64,000 nt of DNA from an uncultured delta proteobacterium (GCA_963775425.1 CAVZJB010000005.1:1-64000); one strand, 5' to 3'. Shown: positions 9,159 to 23,291, counted from the stretch's first letter. Made by a program: numbers and translations. The notes: generated from the sequence alone by a model not told the origin.

Positions 9159-10639
9159 TTCTTCTCCTCCATGGGGAGCTTTCGGGGTAGCGCGAGCGCC
9201 TTTTCGAGCGCGCCCGCGGCGAACAAGAGCGTCTCCTCGTCGAACGGCCTGGCGACGAGCTGCGCGCCGAGCGGCAGCTCCTCCCGCGAAAAGCCCGCGT
9301 TCAGCGAGAGCGCGGGCAGGCCCGCGAGGCTGGCGGGCACCGTGTAGACGTCGGCGAGGTACATGGCGAGCGGATCGCTCACGCGCTCACCGAGCTTCCA
9401 CGCGGGCTCGGGCGCGGTGGGCGTGAGGATGACGTCGCAGCGGGTGAACGCCTCGGCGAAGTCGCGCGCGACCAGCGCCCGCACCTTCTGCGCCCGGCGC
9501 GTGTAGGCGTCGTAGTAGCCGGCGGAGAGCACCCAACTGCCGAGCACCACGCGCCGCTTGACCTCGCGGCCGAACAGCGCCCGCGTCTCCTCGAGCATGG
9601 GCCCGAGGCCGCGCTCCTGCCCCCGTCGCGCGCCGTAGCGGACGCCGTCGTAGCGCGCGAGGTTCGAGGACGCCTCCGCGGTGCACAGCACGTAGTACGT
9701 CGCCACCGCCTGCGGCGCGTGCGGCAGCTCGACGTCGACGACGACGGCGCCGGCGTCGGCGAGCGCGCGCTCCGCGCCGTCGAGCGCGTGGCGGACGTCG
9801 GCGTGGAGCCCTTTGCCGAAGAGCGCGCGCGGGACGCCCACGCGCAGCCCGGCCGCGCCCCGGTCGCGTCCGCGGCCGACGGCGTCGACGAGGGCGGGCA
9901 CGGGGCGATCGGCGCAGGTGGCGTCGCGCGGGTCGGCGCCGGCGATGACCTCGAGCAGCATGGCCGCGCCCTCGACGTCCGCCGCCAGCGGCCCGACGAC
10001 GTCGAGCGAGGAGGCGAACGCGACGAGCCCGTGGCGCGAGACGCGGCCGTAGCTCGGCTTCACGCCGACGACGCCGCACAGCGCGGCGGGTTGGCGGACG
10101 GAGCCGCCGGTGTCGCTGCCGAGCGCGCCGGGCACCATGCCCGCGGCGACCGCCGCCGCGGCGCCGCCCGAGGAGCCGCCGGGGACGCGCGTGAGATCCC
10201 ACGGGTTCCGCGTGGGCTTGAACGCGCTGTTCTCCGTGGACGAGCCCATGGCGAATTCGTCGCAGTTGGTGCGGCCGAGGAGGACGGCGCCCGCGGCCTT
10301 GAGCCTCCGCGTCACCGTGGCGTCGTAGGGCGACACGAGGCCCTCGAGGACGCGGCTGCCGGCGGTGAGGGGCGCGCCCTCGCACGCGAGGTTGTCCTTG
10401 AGCGCGACGGGGACGCCGTCCAGGGGCGACAGCGTACGGCCCTTCGCGCGGCGCTCGTCGCTCCGCCGGGCGGCGGCGCGCGCGCCTTCGGCGTCGACGG
10501 TGAGGAACGCGCCGACGACGGCGTCGCGGCGATCGATGCACGCGAGGCAGGTGTCCGCGAGGGCGGCGCTGGTGGTGCTCCCCTCGTCGAGCGCGCGGGC
10601 GACGGCCGGCAGCGGTTCCATGCCGGTCGTTTGGGCCAT
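9155..10639 (-). CDS. gatA: Asp/Glu-tRNA amidotransferase subunit A
   Basis: Amidase signature KDN, DEFAMGSSTENS, PGGSSGG, GSDTGGSVRQPA, SSNLARYDG; start at 10639 or 10621. Confidence 0.95.
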   Translation of the reverse strand: MAQTTGMEPLPAVARALDEGSTTSAALADTCLACIDRRDAVVGAFLTVDAEGARAAARRSDERRAKGRTLSPLDGVPVALKDNLACEGAPLTAGSRVLEGLVSPYDATVTRRLKAAGAVLLGRTNCDEFAMGSSTENSAFKPTRNPWDLTRVPGGSSGGAAAAVAAGMVPGALGSDTGGSVRQPAALCGVVGVKPSYGRVSRHGLVAFASSLDVVGPLAADVEGAAMLLEVIAGADPRDATCADRPVPALVDAVGRGRDRGAAGLRVGVPRALFGKGLHADVRHALDGAERALADAGAVVVDVELPHAPQAVATYYVLCTAEASSNLARYDGVRYGARRGQERGLGPMLEETRALFGREVKRRVVLGSWVLSAGYYDAYTRRAQKVRALVARDFAEAFTRCDVILTPTAPEPAWKLGERVSDPLAMYLADVYTVPASLAGLPALSLNAGFSREELPLGAQLVARPFDEETLLFAAGALEKALALPRKLPMEEKK

Positions 10640-10716
10640 CCCCCGTCGCTGTTCAAGGGGCCCGGGGAGGTGCGCCCCGTCATTGCACCCGAACGAGCGG
10701 GTGGCACCATCGGGCC

Positions 10717-11586
10717 ATGACCCCGCACCGCCCTCCCGGGCCCGCGTTGTCCGCCGCGCTCCTCGCGGCGTGCGCCGCGCTCGGCGTCGCGCTCGGCGGG
10801 GCGCAGTGCGGCGACGCCGGTGATCCCGCGCGCACCTGCGCCTCCGCCGTCGACTGCGACCCCGGCGAGGCCTGCCGCGACGGCGCCTGCGGGCCCAACG
10901 ACGCGGGCGAGGGCGAAGGCGAAGGCGAAGGCGAGGGCGAGGCGCAGGACATCGCCGCGCTGTGCACGCACCAGGCCCAGTGCACCGGCGACCCCGAGAG
11001 CGCGCAGGCTTGCATCGACAGCGCGCAGTCCCAGCTCGCCGATCTGCGCGCCTCGGCCGACCCCGACTGCGTGCGCGCGTCGTCGTCGCTGGCGGCGCTG
11101 TATGCGTGCGCCGCCGGGGCCACATGCGAAGAGCTCGCCGACCAGGCGGCGCTCGAGGCGCGCTGCCCGGTCTTCAACGACGTCGCCGCCGCCGCCGGGA
11201 GCTGCGGCTCCTTCGTCGGTGAAGGCGAGGGCGAGGGCGAGCCTCTGTGCGCGCTGCCCGGCGTCGACCCGGGCGCCACGGGGATCGTGTTCCTCGACGG
11301 CCTCGACGCCGTCGTCGACCCCGTCGCCGACCTCGACTGCGGCACGGCGTCGTCGGCGACGGTCCACGTCCGCGTCGAGGGCGACGCCACCCTCGTCGCC
11401 GCGGGGCTCGCGTCGTTCGACGGACAGCGCGCCCTCGCCCTCGTCCACCTCGATGTGAGCGTGCCGGGGCTCGTCAGCGCCACCGCGTGCGACGCCGCCG
11501 ACTTCGCATCCAGCATCGCCGTGCAGCTCACGCTCGTGGACGGCTCCCAGACCAACGTCGTGTGCGGCTTCGTCTCCGCGCCTTGA
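10717..11586 (+). CDS. Secreted Cys-rich protein with two (GE)n linkers
   Basis: Hydrophobic N-terminus ending GAQC; Cys-rich module; GE tracts at about 10906-10941 and 11218-11241; GC3-rich codons. Confidence 0.75.
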   Translation: MTPHRPPGPALSAALLAACAALGVALGGAQCGDAGDPARTCASAVDCDPGEACRDGACGPNDAGEGEGEGEGEGEAQDIAALCTHQAQCTGDPESAQACIDSAQSQLADLRASADPDCVRASSSLAALYACAAGATCEELADQAALEARCPVFNDVAAAAGSCGSFVGEGEGEGEPLCALPGVDPGATGIVFLDGLDAVVDPVADLDCGTASSATVHVRVEGDATLVAAGLASFDGQRALALVHLDVSVPGLVSATACDAADFASSIAVQLTLVDGSQTNVVCGFVSAP

Positions 11587-11594
11587 GGTTCCCC

Positions 11595-12392
11595 ATGCCC
11601 CGTCCCGCCCCCCTCCATCTCCCCCTCGCGCGCTCGCTCGCGGTGGGCGCGGCGTTCGCCCTCGCGCTCGCCGCGTCGTCGTCGGCGTGCGATCTGTTCG
11701 CCGCGCCCGGGTCGTGCGGCACCGACGACGACTGCCACGGCAGCAAGATCTGCGTCGACGGCGCCTGCCAGGAGTGCGGGGACGATCGCGACTGCGACGC
11801 CAACGAGAGCTGCCAGGACGGCGACTGTGTCCGCGGCGGCCGCGAGGGCGAAGGCGAGGGCGAGCCCGGCGAAGGCGAGGGCGAGGGCGAGGGCGAAGGC
11901 GAAGGCGAGGGCGAGGGCGAGGGCACCTGCTCGTCGTCCTGCGACTGCGCCGTCGGCGACGCGTGCATCGCCGGCGTGTGCACGGCGTCGCCGGGGTTTT
12001 GCGCGAGCGACGCCGAGTGCCCGCGCGCCGACGTCGCGTGCTCGCCGCAACTGTGCCAGATCATCGGCTGCATCCCCGCGGGCGGCGAGGGCGAGGGCGA
12101 AGGCGAAGGCGAGGGCGAGGGCGAGGGCGACTGCGACCTGGCGTCGCTTCAAGCCACGTGCACGCTCACGGGACAGTTCGCCGACGGCGACACCTGCAGC
12201 TGCGTCGCCACCGACGTCTGCTCCGGCCACATCGGCGCGGGCACCAGCGACGGCTGCGACTGCGGCTGCGGCGTCCACGATCCCGACTGCGGGACCTCCG
12301 GCTGCGACACGCCCAACTGCGGCACCACCACGCTCGGCTGCGGCTTTTGCTGGGACGGCAACGCCACCGCGCTGTCGCAGTGCCCGATCTGA
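11595..12392 (+). CDS. Secreted Cys-rich lipoprotein with (GE)n linkers
   Basis: GAGG RBS; signal peptide ending SSSAC; repeated C-x3-DC-x5-C-x2-G-x-C modules; C-terminal DGCDCGCG..DPDC. Confidence 0.8.
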   Translation: MPRPAPLHLPLARSLAVGAAFALALAASSSACDLFAAPGSCGTDDDCHGSKICVDGACQECGDDRDCDANESCQDGDCVRGGREGEGEGEPGEGEGEGEGEGEGEGEGEGTCSSSCDCAVGDACIAGVCTASPGFCASDAECPRADVACSPQLCQIIGCIPAGGEGEGEGEGEGEGEGDCDLASLQATCTLTGQFADGDTCSCVATDVCSGHIGAGTSDGCDCGCGVHDPDCGTSGCDTPNCGTTTLGCGFCWDGNATALSQCPI

Positions 12393-12434
12393 CGAGGCCC
12401 AGCGGACGAGCGGCCCCGCCCGCCGCGCGTCGAG

Positions 12435-14150
12435 TCAGCGCTTCTGCGCCTTGGCCCAGGAGTCTTTGAGGCCGACGACGCGGTTGAACACCGGGGCGTT
12501 GTCCTTCGAGTCCTTGGGGTCGGCGAAGAAGTAGCCGATCCGCTCGAACTGGAAGTGCGCGCCCGGCGCCGCCGCCGCGAGCATCGGCTCGGCCTTGGCG
12601 CCGGAGACGACCTCGAGGCTGTTCGGGTTGAGCTGCGTGCGGAAGTCGACGTCGTCGGCGCCCGGGCTCTCGACGTTGAACAGTCGATCATAGAGCCGCA
12701 CGGTGACGTCCTTGGCGTGCGCCGCGCTCGCCCAATGAAGCGTGCCCTTGACCTTGCGCCCGTCTTTGGCGTCGCCGCCGCGGGTCTCGGGGTCGTACGT
12801 GCACACGACCTCGACGACGTCGCCGGCGTCGTTCTTCTTCACCTCGGTGCAGGTCACGAAGTACGCGCCGCGCAGGCGCACCTCCTTGCCGGGCGCGAGC
12901 CGGAAGAAGCCCTTGGGGGGCGCCTCCATGAAGTCGTCGCGCTCGATGAACAGCTCGCCGGAGAACGGCACCTTGCGCACGCCGAGCTCGGGCTTGAGCG
13001 GGTGGTTCTGCGCCTCGACCTCGTCCACGGTGCCCGCGGGCCAGTTGGAGATCGTCACCTTGAGGGGGCGCAGGACGCACATCGCGCGAGGCGCGTTCTC
13101 GTTGAGGTCGTCGCGGACGCAGCCCTCGAGCACGCCGACCTCGATGGGCGCGTCGTTCTTGGTGACGCCGACGACGCGGGCGAGCTCGCGGACGCTCCTG
13201 GCGGTGTAGCCGCGGCGGCGGAGCCCGGCGAGCGTGGGCATGCGCGGGTCGTCCCAGCCGTCCACCTTCTTTTCGTTCACGAGCTGCAGGAGCTTGCGCT
13301 TGGACATCACGACGTAGGTGAGGTTCAAGCGGCCGAACTCGTACTGGTGCGGATCGCCGGGGGGCGGGGCGATGGGCCCGCCGGCGGGGATGTCTTTGAG
13401 CTGCGCGAGCACCCAGTCGTACAGCTCGCGGCGCGTCTCGAACTCCAGGGTGCAGATGGAGTGGGTGATGTCCTCGATGGCGTCGGAGATGCAGTGGGCG
13501 TAGTCGTACAGCGGGTAGATGCACCACGCGTCGCCGGTGCGGTGGTGGCGCGCGTGGCGGATGCGGTAGGCGACGGGGTCGCGCATCACCATGTTGCCGT
13601 GGGTCATGTCGATCTTGAGGCGCAGCGTGCGCTCGCCGTCCTTGAACCCGCCCGCGCGCATGGCGCGGAACAGCTCGAGGTTCTCGTCGACGGACCGGGC
13701 GCGAAAGGGGCTGTCGCGCCCCGGCTTGTTGAAGTCGCCGCGCAGCTCGCGCACCTGCTCGTCGTTGAGGTCGTCGACGTACGCCTTGCCCATCTTGATG
13801 AGCTCCTCGGCGTACAGGTACATCTTCTCGAAGTAGTCGGACGCATAGTAGAGGTGCTCGCCCCAGTCGAAGCCGAGCCAGCGCACGTCGCCGAGGATGC
13901 TGTCGACGTACTCGGTCTCCTCCTTCTCCGGGTTGGTGTCGTCGAAGCGCAGGTGGGTGCGGCCGCCGAACTTTCGTGCCAGACCGAAATTCAGACAGAT
14001 GGACTTGGCGTGCCCGATGTGGAGGTAGCCGTTGGGCTCCGGCGGGAAGCGGGTCACCACCTTTCCGCCGTGCTTTTGCGACGCGAGGTCGGCCTCGACG
14101 ATCGCCTCGATGAAGTTGGGGCCGGATGCGGGGGCAGGCGGGGACGACAT
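12435..14150 (-). CDS. glnS: Glutamine--tRNA ligase
   Basis: TRFPPEPNGYLHIGH, RFDDTNP, MSKRKL, GWDDPRMPT, FQFERIGYF. Confidence 0.97.
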   Translation of the reverse strand: MSSPPAPASGPNFIEAIVEADLASQKHGGKVVTRFPPEPNGYLHIGHAKSICLNFGLARKFGGRTHLRFDDTNPEKEETEYVDSILGDVRWLGFDWGEHLYYASDYFEKMYLYAEELIKMGKAYVDDLNDEQVRELRGDFNKPGRDSPFRARSVDENLELFRAMRAGGFKDGERTLRLKIDMTHGNMVMRDPVAYRIRHARHHRTGDAWCIYPLYDYAHCISDAIEDITHSICTLEFETRRELYDWVLAQLKDIPAGGPIAPPPGDPHQYEFGRLNLTYVVMSKRKLLQLVNEKKVDGWDDPRMPTLAGLRRRGYTARSVRELARVVGVTKNDAPIEVGVLEGCVRDDLNENAPRAMCVLRPLKVTISNWPAGTVDEVEAQNHPLKPELGVRKVPFSGELFIERDDFMEAPPKGFFRLAPGKEVRLRGAYFVTCTEVKKNDAGDVVEVVCTYDPETRGGDAKDGRKVKGTLHWASAAHAKDVTVRLYDRLFNVESPGADDVDFRTQLNPNSLEVVSGAKAEPMLAAAAPGAHFQFERIGYFFADPKDSKDNAPVFNRVVGLKDSWAKAQKR

Positions 14151-14225
14151 GTCCCACCTCTATCGACGTCTCACCGGGTTCTCAAAGGGGATCGGGGCCC
14201 GGCGATCCCCTATGCTTTCGAACCG

Positions 14226-14333
14226 ATGCCGGAGGATGAAGACGGGATCGACATCGATGTCGATGGACCCACGCGTGTGGTGTCCGCCGACACGCTCGAG
14301 GTCAAGCCCGTGGTCGTCGCCGCCAACGATTGA
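14226..14333 (+). other. 35-codon acidic ORF in frame with the downstream kinase, separated by one TGA
   Basis: MPEDEDGIDIDVDGPTRVVSADTLEVKPVVVAAND*DTM; same frame as 14340; TATGCT -10-like box upstream. Confidence 0.55.
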
Positions 14334-14339
14334 GACACG

Positions 14340-16241
14340 ATGCCCGGCGCCGGCGCTCCCCCGCAGCGCATCGGGCGCTACACGCTGGTGCGCCTGCTCG
14401 GCAAGGGCGGCATGGCCGAGGTCTACCTCGCCAAGCAGGACGGGCCCGCCGGCTTCCAGAAGACCTGCGTCGTCAAGCGCATCCGCAAGAGCCTCGCCGA
14501 GGAGCCGCGCTTCATCGAGATGTTCCTGCGCGAGGCGCGGGTGGCCGCGCGCCTCAACCACCCCAACGCGGTGCAGATCTTCGAGCTCGGCCAGGACGGC
14601 AAGGAGTACTTCCTCGCCATGGAGTTCCTCGACGGCGTGTCGCTGCATCGCGCGGCGCGCCGGTCGTGGCACCACGGCGAGAGCGTCCCCATGGAAGTGG
14701 TGCTGCGCGCCGCCGCCGACGCCGCCCTCGGTCTGCACCACGCCCACTCGCTGGTCGGGCTCGACGGCAGGCCCACGCCGCTCATCCACCGGGACGTCAG
14801 CCCCGACAACGTCATGCTCACGCGCGACGGCGTCTCCAAGGTGCTCGACTTCGGCATCGCCAAGTCCACCGACGTCGAGGAGGTCACGGGCACCGGCGAG
14901 GTGAAGGGCAAGATCCCCTTCATGTCCCCGGAGCAGCTCCAGGGGCTCACGCTCGACAACCGCAGCGACCTCTGGTCTCTCGGCGTCACGATGTACTGGC
15001 TGCTCACCGGCGTTCGCCCCTTCGACGCGACCACCGAGCCGATGACCATCGACGGCATCCTGCGGCGCGACCCCAAGCGCCCGCGGGAGCTGAACCCGCT
15101 CATCCCGCAGCCGCTCGAAAGCATCGTCATGCAGCTCCTCGAGAAGGAGCGCGAAAAACGCGTCGCCAGCGGGGCGGAGCTCGCCGACAAGCTGCTCGCG
15201 CTCCTCGGGCCCGCCGCGGGCTACGGGTCCGCGTCGACGTTCGCGGCGCGGGCCATGTCGTGGGCCGATCAGGATCCGCAGCAGCCCATCAGCGCGCTCA
15301 CCATCCTCGCGGCGCGGCCGGAGAGCCAGTGGCTCAAGCGCCTCGACGACGACAGCGGCGGCCTCGAGCGCCTGTTCCCCGAGAGCACGCCGACCGGCGC
15401 GCGCCGCGCGCTGCTGCGGCCGCACCCGGAGCGCGCGCCGTCGACGGGCAAGACCGTCACCGGCCTGTCGGCCGTCGAGCGGCCCTCGCACCTCTTCCCC
15501 GTGGCGGCGGGCGTGGTCGCCGCGGCGGCGCTGGCCATCGGCGCGTTCTTCACCTTGCGCGCGCTGCGCGAGCCCGAGGAGCCCTCCGTCGTCACTGCGG
15601 CCCCGCTCCCGAACGGCGGCGCGAACGGCGCGACCTCGGGTGACGCCGCCGGTGACACCCACGCGGACGACGCCCCCGCAGGCGCCGCCCCCGCAGACGC
15701 CGCCCCCGCAGGCGCCCGCGCAGACGCCGCCCACGTTGTCGCCGCCGCGAGCGACGGCACCGCGGCTCACGGCGCCGACGCCGATGCCGACGCGCACGAC
15801 GGCGGCGCCAGGCACGAGGCGCAGCACGTCCACCACGACTCGCGCATCCCGGTTCACGCGACGGCGCCGGCGTCCGTGGCGTGGAAGCTCAACGGGCACC
15901 ACCTCGGCAGCGGCAGCGGCGCCCTGCGCGTCCCTCGCGGCACGGCCCGCCTCACGGCCGTCGACACTCTCACCGGCGGCGTCACCACGGTCAGCATCAA
16001 CGACGGCAACGCCGACTACGGCGCGGTCGCGACGGGCACCCTGGTGGTGCGCGCGCAGCCCTGGGCCGAGGTGCAGATCGGCCGCAAGCGCATCGGCACC
16101 ACGCCGCTCGATCCGCTCACGCTCAAAGCGGGGCGCTACACGGTGCACATGGTGCACGACAACCTGCAGAAAAACGTCGTCGTCGACGTGAAGCCGGGCA
16201 AGCGCGCATTCGCCACAGCGGACATGCGCGAGTCGCCGTGA
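14340..16241 (+). CDS. Transmembrane Ser/Thr protein kinase with PEGA-like C-terminus
   Basis: GKGGMAEV, VVKR, HRDVSPDN, DFG, SPEQ; one TM helix; C-terminal PWAEVQI..IGTTPL. Confidence 0.93.
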   Translation: MPGAGAPPQRIGRYTLVRLLGKGGMAEVYLAKQDGPAGFQKTCVVKRIRKSLAEEPRFIEMFLREARVAARLNHPNAVQIFELGQDGKEYFLAMEFLDGVSLHRAARRSWHHGESVPMEVVLRAAADAALGLHHAHSLVGLDGRPTPLIHRDVSPDNVMLTRDGVSKVLDFGIAKSTDVEEVTGTGEVKGKIPFMSPEQLQGLTLDNRSDLWSLGVTMYWLLTGVRPFDATTEPMTIDGILRRDPKRPRELNPLIPQPLESIVMQLLEKEREKRVASGAELADKLLALLGPAAGYGSASTFAARAMSWADQDPQQPISALTILAARPESQWLKRLDDDSGGLERLFPESTPTGARRALLRPHPERAPSTGKTVTGLSAVERPSHLFPVAAGVVAAAALAIGAFFTLRALREPEEPSVVTAAPLPNGGANGATSGDAAGDTHADDAPAGAAPADAAPAGARADAAHVVAAASDGTAAHGADADADAHDGGARHEAQHVHHDSRIPVHATAPASVAWKLNGHHLGSGSGALRVPRGTARLTAVDTLTGGVTTVSINDGNADYGAVATGTLVVRAQPWAEVQIGRKRIGTTPLDPLTLKAGRYTVHMVHDNLQKNVVVDVKPGKRAFATADMRESP

Positions 16242-16266
16242 GCGGCCGCTCCCTCCGGGAGCTTGA

Positions 16267-16974
<708 letters not shown>

Positions 16975-17003
16975 ACGTCCTCACAGATGCCACGCCGGGC
17001 GCG

Positions 17004-18314
<1,311 letters not shown>

Positions 18315-18361
18315 CCCCCGGAAAATACCCCGCCGCCGTCGGCGCGGCGAAAGTGTCCCGC

Positions 18362-20242
<1,881 letters not shown>

Positions 20243-20276
20243 GCGCGCGTGGCTAACACGGATCCCGCTGCGCCCG

Positions 20277-22091
20277 CTATTCGGCCGACCTGAGGGCGGT
20301 GACGAAGTCCGACAGGGCCACGTCGAACGCGGCCGAGCGCAGGGTGCCGCCGTGCGCCTTCTGCATCTCGGCGAGCCGCGCGAACGCGACGGGGATGTCG
20401 CCCGCGAGCTTGGCGTGCACCTCGTCGAGGCTCCAGCGCTCGCCCTTGAGGTTCTGCTCCATCTCGTACGTCGACACCGTGACGCCGGAGGCGTTGGCGA
20501 AGACGTCGGGGAGCACGGTGATCCCCCGGCTCTGCAGGACGTTGTCGCCCTCGAGGGTGGTGGGGCCGTTGGCGCCCTCGGCGACGATCTTGGCGCCGAT
20601 CTCCTTGGCCACCGCGTCGGTGATCACGCCCTCCCGCGCGCAGGGCGCGAGGATGTCGACCTTGCTCTTCCAAAACGTATCCATGTCGACGGCCTCCGTG
20701 CCCGGGAAGCCGCGGATGGTGCCGTGCTCCTTGCGGAACGCGTCGAGCGCCTCCACGTCGTCGCGCGTGAAGCCGCCCTTCTTCTCGACGGCGAACGACG
20801 TGCCGTCGAACTCCGCGATGCTGGTGACCTTGGCGCCGAGGTCGAGGTACGCGATGACGGCGCCGCGGCCGACGTTGCCGTAGCCCTGCACCGCGACGGT
20901 CTCGCCGGAGAATTTGTCGGCGCCGGCGGGAACGAGGCCGTCGTGCTTCATGAGCTCCAGCGTCGACAGCGCCACGCCGAGGCCGGTGGCCTCGCTGCGC
21001 CCGAGCGAGCCGCCCTTTGGCACGCTCTTGCCGGTGAACGTCGCGAGCAAGCCGACGTCCTTGATCTTCCCCTCGTCGAAGAGCTTCAGGTACGCGTCCA
21101 CGTACGGCGTCCCGAGGCCGTCGCCCTTGTCCGCGCCGACGTCCTTGAGCGCCGCCGGCACGGCGAGGCCCTCGACGTCGCTCACGCCGTTTTTCACGAG
21201 CCACCCGAGGTACGCGTCGACGGCGATGTCCATGAGCGCCACGCGCGGGTGGCTGGTGCCGACGTCGGGCGCGGGCACGTCGATGCCGGGCCCGAGGGCG
21301 ATGCGGCCGTCGGCCTTGCCGGAGTCCATGAGGCCGCCGACCCAGCCGCGCATCGCGCGCGCCATCTCCCCGTCGCTGAGCTTCTTGGGGTCGGCGACGA
21401 AGCCGCCTTTGGCGCCGCCGACGGCGACGTTCATGATGGCGGTCTTGGGCCCCATCTCCGACGCCAGCGCGTTCACCGTGTCCTGGTCGAGGTCGGGCAC
21501 CACGCGCAGGCCGCCCTTGCCGGGGCCGCGGATGGTGGTGAACACCGTGCGAAAGCCGGTGGTGTCGGCGAGGGAGCCGTCGTCCTTGCGGTACGAAAAC
21601 GAAAACTGCGCCTGGCGCTCGGGCTTGGAGACGCGCGACCACTCGGCCTTGGTGATGCCGAGCTCGCCCTTCAAGCGATCGCGCGCGTGGGTGAGCTCGA
21701 TGACGACCTTGGTCATGAACGCGCGGCTGCGCGTGGGCACGCTCGTCGTCACCTTCTTGTCGGCCTTGGCCTTCACCTCGGTGGAGCCGCGGGTGATGAA
21801 GAGCTGCGCGCCCTTGGTGGAGCCCGCGTGCGGCACGGTGCCGACGGGGCGCTTGGAGCCGCCGGGGGTGGAGATGCCCTCGCCGACAGGGGGATCGAAG
21901 CCGCGGGGGGCGGAGACGCCGTGGCCGACGGGGACGCCTCCGCCGGGTGGGGTGGAGACTCCGTTGCCGTTGGGCGTCTCGAGCTCGACGCGCTTGGCGG
22001 GCGCGTCCTCGCCGATGCCGCCGCGGCCGCCGCTCTGCTTGCTGCGATCGAGGGGGAGCCGGGCGGCGTTGGGGTTGAGCTGCGTCTTCAT
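20277..22091 (-). CDS. Glu/Leu/Phe/Val dehydrogenase with atypical N-terminal extension and internal insertion
   Basis: GPGKGGLR, GGAKGG, DVPAPDVGT, GGSLGRSEATG, QGYGNVG, EGANGPT, PDVFANASGV. Confidence 0.88.
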   Translation of the reverse strand: MKTQLNPNAARLPLDRSKQSGGRGGIGEDAPAKRVELETPNGNGVSTPPGGGVPVGHGVSAPRGFDPPVGEGISTPGGSKRPVGTVPHAGSTKGAQLFITRGSTEVKAKADKKVTTSVPTRSRAFMTKVVIELTHARDRLKGELGITKAEWSRVSKPERQAQFSFSYRKDDGSLADTTGFRTVFTTIRGPGKGGLRVVPDLDQDTVNALASEMGPKTAIMNVAVGGAKGGFVADPKKLSDGEMARAMRGWVGGLMDSGKADGRIALGPGIDVPAPDVGTSHPRVALMDIAVDAYLGWLVKNGVSDVEGLAVPAALKDVGADKGDGLGTPYVDAYLKLFDEGKIKDVGLLATFTGKSVPKGGSLGRSEATGLGVALSTLELMKHDGLVPAGADKFSGETVAVQGYGNVGRGAVIAYLDLGAKVTSIAEFDGTSFAVEKKGGFTRDDVEALDAFRKEHGTIRGFPGTEAVDMDTFWKSKVDILAPCAREGVITDAVAKEIGAKIVAEGANGPTTLEGDNVLQSRGITVLPDVFANASGVTVSTYEMEQNLKGERWSLDEVHAKLAGDIPVAFARLAEMQKAHGGTLRSAAFDVALSDFVTALRSAE

Positions 22092-22145
22092 CCTGCGATG
22101 AGAGCGCGGATCGGGTGTCGTCCACAAGCGATTGTGTGCGATCGG

Positions 22146-23291
22146 TCAAACGACCAGGCGCGGCCGGCCGAGCCAGCGGGCCCAGGCGGCCCCGCGCACC
22201 GGGAGCGCGGGGCGCACGACGTCGCCGAGGGCGCCGGCGACGAGCTCGCGGCCGCGCGCGTCGAGGAGGGGCGTCCCGGGCAGGTGCCCGCGGGCGGCGG
22301 CGGTGGCGGGGACGGGGCCGTGCTTGACGGCGTCGGCGAGCGCGTCGAGCGACAGGGAAAACGGCGCGCCCACGGCGTCGAACAGCGGCAGGGCGCGCAG
22401 GGCGGCGCTCCAGGCGGCGGCGTCGGTCTCGAAGAGGGCGTCGCGGACGGAGCGGCGCTCGCGCGAGGAGAGGTCCTCGAACGCGGAGGCGATGCCGCGG
22501 ACGAGCGCGGCCTCGGCGGCGCGCAGCACGACGTCGGCGGCGCGGCGCGCGGCGACGGCGTCGTCCTCGGGGCCGAAGCCGCGCACGCTGACGTGGCCGA
22601 CCAGCGGGATGCCGCCGCGGCGGCGCGGGCGCGCGGCGAGGTAGACGCCGTGGCTGTAGATGACCATGCGGCTCTTTTGGGGATCGGCGGCGAGGCCGAC
22701 GACGGCGCGGCCGCCGGGGCCGCGCACCACGCGCGCGAGGCGGGCGGCGGGATCGCGCGGGAAGGGACGATCCACGCGGCGGCCGTCGACGAGCACCGGC
22801 GCGTCGGCGTAGCGGCACCACGCCTGGAGCTGGCGGCGCTCGTCGGAGGCGTCGCCGTCTCGATAGACCACCACCGCCGCCGTCGACGACGGCGCGGGCG
22901 GCGTGACGATGCGGCCGCCCGCGGCGGCGGCGGGCCAGGGGCCGCGCACCTCCGCGCGCGCCGAGGTGGCGAGGACGGCGAGCAGCGCGAGGCTGTGCTG
23001 CTCCTCGAGCGCCAACAGCGCCGACGCGGTCTCGCGCTCGCCCGAGCTCGAGAGCACGCGCGTGACGAGGTCGATCTCCTCGGCGCTCGCGCCGGGGCCG
23101 CGCCACGAGACCACGAGGCGCTCGCGGCCGCAGGTGACGTCGACGCGGGACGCACCGAGGGCGAGCGCGCGGCGCACGAGGCGCACGCCGTCGAAGGCGA
23201 GGCTCGGCCGTGTGCGCTCGGTGAGCGCGCGCACCGCGGCGGCGGTGTCGACGCTGATGGACAACGGCCTGTCGGGAGGGGCGGCGCTCAT
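22146..23291 (-). CDS. Hypothetical protein with degenerate GHKL-like N-terminal domain
   Basis: ATGA overlap with the upstream stop; LVRRALALGASRVDV..LVVSWRGPG aligns by eye with ELVQNxxDAGAxRI..DDGxG but lacks the catalytic E/N/D. Confidence 0.6.
   Translation of the reverse strand: MSAAPPDRPLSISVDTAAAVRALTERTRPSLAFDGVRLVRRALALGASRVDVTCGRERLVVSWRGPGASAEEIDLVTRVLSSSGERETASALLALEEQHSLALLAVLATSARAEVRGPWPAAAAGGRIVTPPAPSSTAAVVVYRDGDASDERRQLQAWCRYADAPVLVDGRRVDRPFPRDPAARLARVVRGPGGRAVVGLAADPQKSRMVIYSHGVYLAARPRRRGGIPLVGHVSVRGFGPEDDAVAARRAADVVLRAAEAALVRGIASAFEDLSSRERRSVRDALFETDAAAWSAALRALPLFDAVGAPFSLSLDALADAVKHGPVPATAAARGHLPGTPLLDARGRELVAGALGDVVRPALPVRGAAWARWLGRPRLVV

Noticed and set aside
14331-14333. 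Selenocysteine reading of the in-frame TGA
   Set aside because: It lies in a disordered, non-redox context and I see no convincing SECIS; kept only as an unexplained stop
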